Below, piece by piece: positions 23,073 to 32,416 of a DNA stretch of 32,416 bases. The DNA lies in contig MU271682.1 of assembly GCA_021432655.1 (NCBI GenBank), positions 1 through 32,416 of the forward strand, given 5' to 3'. The position numbers and the translations under genes were made by a program. The notes below the pieces were generated by a model, which searched no databases, was not told the DNA's origin, and was given only the letters and a program-made list of their open reading frames with translations. The DNA is from Atractiella rhizophila. Its lineage: Eukaryota. How positions within the stretch are numbered: the stretch's first letter is position 1; each line of letters starts with the position of its first letter.

Positions 23073-26000
23073 ATGACTTCACTCGCATATGACAGCCTCC
23101 TCCAAGGCGAAGAAGAGCAAGTAGAGGTGAACCAGCGAGCGTTGATCGATAAGGTTCTCGCAAGGTATAGTGGGGAGTTTACGGTCTATAGGGAGCTCAT
23201 ACAGGTCTGTAGTCGCGTTCCCTACTTTGTTTTGGGAAGGGCATAGCAAGTGGCGCCTATGCGCGGCTGCAACAGGCCCACAATTTATTGTCATTCAGTT
23301 TACTTAGGAGTGAGATTGAGTGCATGTGTTATTCCATATGATGCTTGTATAACTTCTTAGCACTGTTTCGCTGCTTGCTGGAGCTATATGTCTCAACGGC
23401 AGACGTACGTTGGACTGCTCAATGGACCGAAATACTATGCCGCTATCGATATCGCGTGTCAATTCTTTTGCATGCTTTTCTTACAAATCTCGAAGCAAGA
23501 GCTGTTTCCTATGAATCCAAGATTCAGCTCGTTTGCCGGCTATGGCTCTCATGTACTGCAGCGTTCCCACTGTTCTGTTCCTATCTAACTGCTTCGCAAG
23601 CCTATATCAGCGCGCCCTGCAGCCTAGCTTCATTTCCCAATTAGACCCTGTTTCATATCCAAAACAACCAAAAAACCTTCTAATACACTCTTGACACAGA
23701 ACGCCTCTGATGCCGGAGCTTCTCATGTCTCTGTGCACTTTACAAGCGCTGAAGAGCTCACGGAGCTCCCTTCGAATAAAGACGTCAAGATCAAGAGCAT
23801 TGTGGTAAAGAACGACGGAGCCGTCTTTACAAACGAGGTGCGCAACCAAAACCTTCCCTGGCGAAATGACATCTCATAATTTCGAAGGATTGGACACGAC
23901 TGCGCAGGATCGCAGACGGCAATCCAAATGAGGAGTCTATTGGGTAATGGTTTTCTAACGCCGAAATCTAGTCCTGAAATATGGTTTCTAGAGCTTATGG
24001 AGTTGGTTATTATTCAGTTTTCGGGCTCACGGATAACCCTGTTGTCCGATCTGGCTCCAATGCCATGCTTTTTTACTATCCTCCAGGGAAAGACCAGCTC
24101 TACGTCCGTCGAGCCCAGTTGCCGGCAGATGCTGTCGAATATTCCTCGCATGATTCGACTCGACCGCTAACTATGGTCGAGATGGCCATGCGGGAACATC
24201 TCTCGATACCTAATCCAGAAGATTTTACACGCTTTCTTGCTACGGCCATCACATTCGCTGCTCATCTGAAGACGCTCACTTGCTATCTCGACAAGTGGAA
24301 GTTATGCGAGATATCGAAGAAACTCGACATCCCCAAGCCCATTCCCATCCCACGAACACTGAGGGCAGACGTAGGATTCATGAAGGTGGATCAGGTGAAG
24401 CAAACTGGAGTTGAAGTCAATGTAGAATTTCTTAAATGGGTTCTGCAAGTCGGAGCCTCTTCGAAGATTTCGGCCAAGAAAGAGAAGGACACGTTGTCAA
24501 CTTCATTGCTCAAAGATGGTCTCTCCTCTAAAATGCTCCGTTCCGCTTTCTTCGGCCGTTCAGCTAAACCACCACCTACACCCGTTGCCCCTGCCCCACC
24601 TAAAGAAGCCACCAACGAACCTGCAACCTCTAAGATGTTTTTCAAGGTTGTCTCCGCCTCCGTTGCGGTGACGGTCTCTTCTCAATTCGATAAGGAAATC
24701 AATAGAGCTACGAAGAAGAGCCCTCCGAAGCGAACGGAACTCAACATTGTCTACTTCAATGCGGACGAGTATCGAGCTTCGTCCCAACAGAATAACAATG
24801 CAGTCTTCAGCGGTCTCGCTGCTGACCTTTCGACGCAAGGCAGAATATTTATTGGTTTCCCAACTCATCAGACCACGGGATTCCCTGGACCTATGTCAGG
24901 ACGTTTCATTCCTACGGTAGAGCGAGAGAGTCTTGATCTGAGCAACAAATGGGTCGCCGACTGGAATCGGGCGCTTCTGGGAGTGGGCGGATTCTTGACT
25001 CGAATGGTGTACGAGGAGGACATGAAGGATATCCAACGCCTTTGGAACGAGGTAGGAGAAGACGACGACGGTCCGAAGGAGTGGCTTCGTTCACGAGGCC
25101 TGCACGCCCTCAAGTTCTTTTCCTTCAAGCAGTCCACCCCATCTTCACTCGTGTCACTCGAAATTGAAGAAAACTTCTTCGCCTGCGACCCGCGCCGAAA
25201 CTTGCCAATTATCACCAACAAAGGGGTTGTGGATAGCAACAAGGCGAGGCTTCCGAACAAGGATGTAATGGCCTTTGTGAAGAATATTCCTTGGTTGGAA
25301 GTCGAAGATGATGTCCTCGATGGTCTCAGGACGAAACAATTAGTCAAAGAGTGCACCCTCGACGACATCTTAGCAGAATTTAGAGCGCGACCGCTGTCAT
25401 TAGAAGAGGGCAGTCTGGCTTTGAAGTACGTCTCCTCATCTCCTTTGACGCAGAGCTCACTGTCTGTAAAAGGTGGTGGCTTGGCTTGTCCGCAAACGAG
25501 TATTACCGTCCATCCCTCCTTGCTGCTTTCATCGACTCAGTAATGATTTTACTTCCCTCTGGCGAACCTCTCCCCATTTCCTCTATCAAGACTTTCCTGA
25601 ACCCCAAGCACATTCCAACCGATATGCCCATGCCGCAAGATACCCTGCCTTATGAGGTCTCTAAAGGCTTTTCAGACCTCCCTTTGTTACAGAGGGTGTT
25701 TAGCTGGCGCGAACTCCTAGCAGACGATTACGTTGCCTTTCTTTTGAGCGAAAAGATGACCGGGTCAGGAGCTCCTGTAGAAACGAACATGCTAGCTTCA
25801 CCTCACTTCGCCGAAAAGGTAAGAGAGTTTATTTGCTGTTTCTTCGAATCTGAAACAGATTTGCAGGTTTTCGGGCTGCTTTCGAGAACCTGGAACAACC
25901 TACCTTCCTCCAGAGCTCAATTGATAGTGAGTACCATGGCAGATAAAGCAGTTGTGCCTACGAAACAAGGATTCAAACGTCCACCGGAAGCGTACTTTGC

Positions 26001-29000
26001 CAATGTCAATCTCTTCGAAGATCTGCCTATCATCCAGTTTCCCACTCTGTCAGTCAAAGGACCACTGGAGAAGCTTCTTCAAGATTTAGGATGCCTCAAA
26101 CATGTAGAACTGCAGCTTGTCTTCTCTCGCCTCGTCGGTGCTGGCAGTTGGTCACATGTAGAGATGACGAAGTACCTGATATCCGTTAAGGACAACCTAA
26201 CGAATAATGAATTGGAGAAATTGAGGAAGACGAAATGGCTACCAGTTGAAAAGCTGGCTGCCAATGACGACTCGAAGAAGGACGAGGGCCAAAAACGCCC
26301 AGTCAGGTACGTCCCGTTTTGTTGCTACAATCTCTGTTGATGAGGAAAAGGTTCGTCGCGTCGGAGCTGTATGAGCCACTCGACATTCTTCGATCGCTGG
26401 GACTGCCTGTGCTCGAGTGGCCAGCTGGGAAGTGGCGGTCAACGTCAATCGAAGGTATGCATAATATAAAGAAGTGACTTTTCTAAGTCGTGCTATAGCC
26501 AAGTTTTTACAAAGTCTGGGGTTGCTTCGCCATCCTCCGATCGACGTTATCCTTCGTCTGGCTAGTGACGAAACAAACTCAAAGCTGAGAAGCGAAGCCT
26601 TAGCATACTTTCTTACGCATTGGACGGCTGCTGGCTACGATAGGAGCTACGACCCCTTGAAGACAAACCACGCTTTTGTTCCTGCGAGACTGGGCGATGG
26701 AAAAACCGGGCATCTTGCTCCTCGCGACGTTTTCACGAATGCTACCGCGCAAGTCATGGGTTTTGGGACTGTCCTAGATTGGTTGCGACCTGAGGTTGGA
26801 AAACTCAAATTAAAGGCTGATCCAGACCCAGCTGCTCTTCTAAGAAAGCTTTTGACTGAACCTCCTACAGTGGAGACTGCTACAACTGTCTTCACATACC
26901 TCTCTTCTCAGCTTTCAGCTTTCTCTAGCCGAGATCTATCCACTCTTCGTTCCGCCTCCCTCATCCCCGTCTCGAAAGAAGGCAAAACAGTCTACACACC
27001 GCCGTCTGAGTGTTATTTCAGTGGTGACAGGACTTCTCTGCCATCACAATTCAAGTCACTCTTCAACTGGGTTAACTTTGGAGAAACAGCAAAGCCATTT
27101 CTTACTGCCGTCGGAGTGAAGGAAGAGCCGAATATTCAAGAGATCTGCAAGTTGATGGTCGAGGATCCGGTGAAGATGTATCGACTCGCAGGTTCAAGTG
27201 AAGCCTATGTTGGCGTTCTCAGAAGTTTGGCTGCCAACTGGAGTTTTCTCAGTTCTCCCCTCCGAATGGAAATGGGGCGGTCTGCATTCTTCCTCGGTTG
27301 CAAGAGGGTGCAGGCTGCTCCAGTCGGTAACGAGGATGATGAAGAGGAAGAGGAGGCGACCTTCCACTACAAGCTGCTCAGGCCCTCCGACGTTTTGATC
27401 GTGGATGAGAACTCTGCCTACTCGCCGTTTTCCGGTGACGTATATGTTTGTCCTCAGGAAGATATTCTCGAAATGTTGGCAGAAGGTCTCGGAGCTCAGC
27501 GCCTTTCGAAAGTCTTGAAAAACAGCTATCGCGTCGAAGGGCAACGAGCAAAAAATCCAAAGACGACTGATATGCGGAAGCTTGTTATCGAGAGATCAGC
27601 TCTATTTCTCTACGAACGACAGCAACAGAGCAAGAAGGAGATTGCGAAAGATGCAGAGTGGATCAGGAAACATCTTGAGGTTGTTCAGGTGTCTAATATC
27701 GAGAATGTACGGACGTTGGTTCACAATGGCGATCGCTTTGTTCGAACCCAGCATCTAACGGCCTGTACTTTGATGGAGCAAGGCGCTATGGTTTTATTCC
27801 TCGCTGGTCGCGAAATAGACTACTATGAAGTATTACTTCTACCATTGTGCGTCAGCCATCTGATTCGGCATCTCTATAGGTCGCCTCTAGTCTTTGCAAG
27901 TTGATCCTTACGCGACAACGCATGAACGATGCTCTTTTATTCATGACATTACTGCAAACCTCCGTCAAGAACTTGAAGCGGCGTGGGTTCAACGTTGACC
28001 GGTAAGCATATCCTTGGGTTCAGCGCCGACGCAGGTTGAAAGCGTTTGCGTAGGTTGCTCAATGCTCGCCGTTTGGAAAAGGAGGTGGAAGATCAACGAA
28101 ATCGCGAACTCGAGCTTCAGGCTCAACTGGAGGCGGCGCAAGCATTGAGTCCATCACGTCTGGACGATTTGACAAAGCAATTATGCTCTCAGTTTCCGGA
28201 CGCTGATCCTACCTTCGTGCGCAACTTGCTGTCGGCACAGAAGCAAGATCATGCAAGAGCTGCCCAGAAAGTCTTGGAAGACGGCAACTATCCACGACAA
28301 CGAGAACCTTCTCCTGATCTCCCCTCTATGCCAGGTGGGATGGGAAGTCCTTCTGATGGAGGTGGTTTATTTTCAGGCTGGAGGAAGCGGTTGCAAGGCA
28401 TTCGAGATAGTAGACAAGGGTCCACTTCGGCGGCTCTACCACCCCCTCCGCCATATGACGATCTGGACAAAAAGCCGTCAACGTCTTCGTCTAATGGACG
28501 CGATGGAACAAATGGGATAAAAACCCCACTCCCAGATCCAAATGCAGAGGTGACGCCAACAAACGACATCAAGTCCCAAGTGCTCAAAGCCATTCAAGCT
28601 TCCCGCCCAGACGCCACATCCGATTCGATTCAAGGGGATGCGATCTCGTCGGAAATTAAGGAGCAAGACCATTATTGCGACTCCTCTGCAGCTACTAATC
28701 TACACTTCGTCGCCGACCTTCACGGGATGCGGTTTTTCGTGGACGCATCTTGCAATCCGGAAGAAGTGATAGAAGCACACTCGAAGGCACTCAGTCGGTT
28801 TGTGAACAAGATAGCGAAGCCGATTGGAGAGGTCTTTCAGATGAATCCCAAGTCTTTAAACATCTTTTATGACACTGTTGGACCATTAATCGCGTTCAAT
28901 CGCAACCGATCTATTTACCTCAACTTGCGGTACGCTTTCATGGGTGCCTCATTACCCTCTTTCTTGAACGTTGACGTGTAACAGGTATTATATTGGATGG

Positions 29001-29292
29001 CACGACGCCCTAGTAGCCTCTGGAGATCTGGTGGATCCACTGTGCGTCCCTCTCTTCCATATTCTTTGGCCTTACCCAATTCTGGTTGTCCGTGCAATGC
29101 AAATGCAGAATCAGCTGGGCTCACACTGTCGCACACGAGTTGGCACACAACCTCGAATCCATCCATAACTCACGACACGAATTTTACTTTTCTTCCATCT
29201 GCGAGCAATACTTCGTCCGTCTGGCCGCGCTCGTCGCTTCCTCGGCGCCACCCTCCTCATCTTCCAACCCGTCATCCTCCAATAAGCATTAG
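23073..29292 (+). CDS. Large GHKL (Hsp90/sacsin-like) ATPase-DUF3684 family protein with CUE-like domain and C-terminal HEXXH motif, multi-exon
   Basis: Exon 1 (23073-23204, absent from ORF track): MTSLAYDSLLQGEEEQVEVNQRALIDKVLARYSGEFTVYRELIQ/NASDAGA; then VKNDGAVFT, IADGNPNEESIG/AYGVGYYSVF (GHKL N, G1, G2 boxes), FIGFPTHQTTG..FIPTVERESLDL, CUE-like QLCSQFPDAD..VRNLL, IAFNRNRSIYLNLR, AHELAHNL...HNSRHEFY; stop 29290-29292. Confidence 0.85.
23205..23699 (+). other. Long (495 nt) first intron of GHKL-DUF3684 gene
   Basis: GTCTGT donor, CTAAT branch point, CACAG acceptor; joins RELIQ to NASDA, completing the GHKL N-box. Confidence 0.85.
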
Positions 29293-29665
29293 AGTGTGGA
29301 GTCGTTTGTAGAAACATTGTATTCTTATCAGCATCAGTAGAGTTGAAGGCCCGTTATTGTAATGTATAGTATCTTGTTCCTCGTCGGATTAGCGCCTGAG
29401 GAGCACTGGGAGGGAACAAGTACGTATGGTACATGAACATCTTATATTTCACTCCACAACGCGCACGGATATTATTGTAATCTCATCGGACTCGAACGAT
29501 CGGTCCCTCAATCCTCGGACCACGACCACTGCAAAAGAGAGAGGAGAAATCAAGCTAAAAGCACACCATACTTCAATCGAAACGAACGAACGCTCCGTCT
29601 CCCTTCCTTCCGAGCGAAGGAAGGATAGCTCGGAAGGAGAATAGGATGGGGGAAGGTAAGGAGCA

Positions 29666-30764
29666 TCACATAGCTAACGCAGCCTGCAACTCCTTCAACT
29701 CCGCGTCCTCCTCTTCCTCCTGCGCCGTCTGTTTCACTGTCGGATCTGTTCCAGCAGACAACATCAGCATCTAATCGTTGCAGAAGGTGAAGCAAGGCAG
29801 ACTCACTCTTCGTTGGAACACCAGGCAGCGTCTGTGGTACCCCTCCGGCTCCAACCAGTTGTTCGTCCAGCTTCTCTTGCTCGAGGTCCTCGAGTTCTTT
29901 GCGGAGTTCGTCTTCGTCGATCTGTAAACCAAACCACCGATTATCATGCGTTAGTATTGTATGAATTGAGACGGAGAAGGGAGAGAAAGGAATGAGAGTT
30001 TACCCCGTCGTTGAATTGCGGTTGGGATATCGCATTGCTGATCTCTTCCTGAAGGTCCATCTGCTCCCTGATCGACTCCATAGTGCGATCGACTTTATCG
30101 ATGTCCCTTTAACACGAACACTAAGAGTCACGACGAAGTTCCAAGCGTGAAACGGAGAGACAAACAAGTTCCCGTGTATCTTGGCCAATACATCAGCTCC
30201 CTGCTTCATTGCCTTCACAGTCTCCATATTGATGTTGGCGCTCTCAATGCTCGCCACTTGCGCCTCCAGAGTCTGCCGCCGACCGGCCAACTTCTCTAAC
30301 TCGCCCTCGTAAAGCTTCTTCTGACGCAGCGCCGCGGTGGCCACTGAGAGAGTATGTGTATTAGGGGATGAAAGGTGGAAGAGGGAGGGGACGAACCGCG
30401 CTTGTTGGTAGAAACGTTCGCTTTCGCTTTCTTTGTCTCTTCTTCCTGTACCACCCACGACCTTGTCAATTCATGCCAGTTGGATATAAAAGGTAGGTAG
30501 AAGGGATAGGACCAAGGAAGACGCACGATCTTGTTGTTCAGATGATCCTCCCTCTTCTCGAGTAGAAGGAGATGATGTCTATCACCATCAAACAGCAATC
30601 AGTCCCACTCTAACGTTCCTTTCATGATTCGATTCCACACATTTCCCACTCTTTCTGTACCAATGAAGAGCGCGGAAAACGCACCGGAGCTGCACAATCG
30701 CATTCCTGGTCTCGTCCGCTGCAGGCTTACGGCCACCGAGCCAACTTCCAAGCCAGGCTGACAT
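29666..30764 (-). CDS. SNF7: ESCRT-III subunit Snf7/Vps32 (CHMP4), 6 exons
   Basis: MSAWLGSWLGGRKP..RNAIVQL/RHHLLLLEKREDHLNNKI, AALRQKKLYEGELEKL, IESANINMETVKAMKQGADVLAKIHGNL/DIDKVDRTMESIREQ, IDEDELRKELEDLEQE, EEEEDAELKELQAALAM*. Confidence 0.93.
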
Positions 30765-31465
30765 GTCGTTGCTTTCGTTAGTAGGTTAAAGGTGTGAGGT
30801 GCTGTTGCGAGCTGAAGGCTGGATGAAGTGGTTGTGGTTATGGTGTAATGAAGGAGGCGTTGCGCATGACTTGTTTGGCAAGAAGTTGCGATGACTCACT
30901 CAGAGAAGAAACCAGAGGTGTTATTATGTGTGATAGTTCGAAATTGGTAGGTAAAAGACCAGGAAAGGCTTACTCGCGCTGGGGTTAACGGTGCGACTGG
31001 TGGAGTGGCGGTGCGATGTAGGGTAGGAGCACATGAATTCAGGTGAGCTGAGCTGCAGATTCGGCGATCTGGGATTTAAGGCATCATGTGTTACTACATC
31101 ATCACTAAACATACTGCTGAACTGGAAGCAACTGCGAGAGCTTCCAATCATTACAAAGTCTCCTGGTAATGGAGCATGTGGGATGATCAAATTCTGTGTA
31201 TTTTGAGCCCTCGTTTATGTTTTCTGCTGAGTTTGACATATACTCGCATGATGGCCTTTATTCGCCTTGCGTAGAGCCGAAGAAGGTACGACTTCTAGTC
31301 TTATTCCCTGGTAAAAATATTACCTCGAGAATTGATCGTTCAGCCTAAATCAGCACATATATGAGGGGTGGGAGCCCATTCTCTTCAGCAGTGGATGTGA
31401 ATGATATTCATCCACATTAGAAACATCCCTAGAAACAAATAGGAAGTAAATTGCATAAATAGGAT

Positions 31466-32416
31466 TTATAACATGGGAAACATCTCCTCGACAATTTCAG
31501 GCTCTGAATCGGAGTCTGAACTTATATCTGCGTAGAGCTCGCTGCTCGTCAATATCCTTCGATGACGACGACGGCTGGAAAAGTTGGAAAAGTTGATCTG
31601 TTGCCATCAGAAAGTCAAACACTATGTCATGACGACGCAAAGAATGAAACTCGCCTTGCAGCCCACCACTGGCTCGCTGATTTCGCTCACAGTGACCAAG
31701 TACCAGACATCTTTTGCCTCTTTACTCTCTCTATACAAGGTTACACCAGCTCTTTGAACGTCGAGCAAAGTTTTGGCGACTGTATTATTGGCCACGTCCT
31801 CGCTGCCGGGAACCAATCTCGCATCAAAGTCGTGGGCGAATCGGAGATGTTTCAGCTCGCACCACTTTCGATGATGATATATCTGCAGCTTAATGGCTTG
31901 GATTCCCACCTCAAAAGGGAACGAAGGCGAATCCTTCGGAGGATGAATAAGGAGTTGACCTTCAGTGTCTTCTCCATCGCCTTCGTCGCCCATCGTATAC
32001 CTAGCCTTCTTTCTTATGAAAGGTCTTGGGTCCGCAGCTTCAATGAAGATGAGAGAAGATATAGAGCAGACAGAGAAGTAAGCCAAAGCCGTCCAGATGT
32101 GTGTAACGCTTCCTTTTTCCGGAAGGGAGCGCAAAGAATGCTCCATCTTGAGAAAGCGGATCTTCCTGGCAGGACAAGTCGCTTTGCGCATCTCGCTATG
32201 GCTTGGATAGAGCCGGAAATTCAGGAGGTGCAGAGCTTCAAGAGACTCCTTGAGGGTGTCCAACAGGTCTGGGAGCGCACCAGCATAGAACTGATCACCC
32301 GTCAAGACGAGTTCACGGATGTTTCCATGACTTTGCGGGAGTGGAGCTGTGAAGGAGCCGCGCCAGCAAGAAAGGGAGAGAGAGATGAAACTCTTTATGG
32401 AGAGAATGCTCGAAAG
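31466..32416 (-). CDS. 3' part of an unidentified protein (leucine-rich, possibly F-box/LRR-like C-terminus); 5' end outside the window
   Basis: Long open frame (LPDLLDTLKESLEALHL..IRFLKM..LKHLRF) plus a probable terminal exon 31597-31466 (INFSNFSS...EIVEEMFPML*). The family assignment is weak. Confidence 0.5.

Noticed and set aside
13992..30764. TMEM184-HRD1-GHKL-SNF7 as a functional proteostasis gene cluster
   Set aside because: Mostly housekeeping genes whose adjacency is explainable by chance without synteny data; only the shared-promoter pair was retained.
30891..30898. ATGACTCA (Gcn4/AP-1-like site) upstream of SNF7
   Set aside because: A single short match is expected by chance in 32 kb.
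1..32416. Prokaryotic-type systems (CRISPR array, defence island, IS element), rRNA or tRNA genes
   Set aside because: The sequence is spliceosomal-intron-rich eukaryotic DNA; no spaced repeats, terminal repeats or RNA-gene signatures were seen.

Overview
Eukaryotic, intron-rich genomic DNA, most likely a basidiomycete fungus (inferred from ~50-nt GT-AG introns with CTRAY-like branch points and from protein families). The ORF track is fragmented by introns, so genes were spliced by eye. Eight complete genes and one partial gene: hemerythrin-domain protein (-); small stand-alone DUF2439 (Mte1/ZGRF1 N-terminal-like) protein (-), head-to-head with a SNF2-RING helicase of Uls1/Rad5 type (+); VIP1/Asp1 PPIP5K kinase-phosphatase (-); TMEM184/OST-alpha membrane protein (-); HRD1 ERAD E3 ligase (-), head-to-head with a large GHKL/sacsin-like ATPase-DUF3684 protein that also has a CUE-like domain and a C-terminal HELAH zinc-protease motif (+); ESCRT-III SNF7 (-); and the 3' end of an unidentified gene (-). 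Notable structure: four genes with 0.5-1.3 kb first introns, microexons (5, 9, 16 nt) that build conserved catalytic motifs, and GC-AG introns. No rRNA, tRNA, CRISPR or recognisable mobile element was seen. Family assignments rest on recalled motifs, not database searches.
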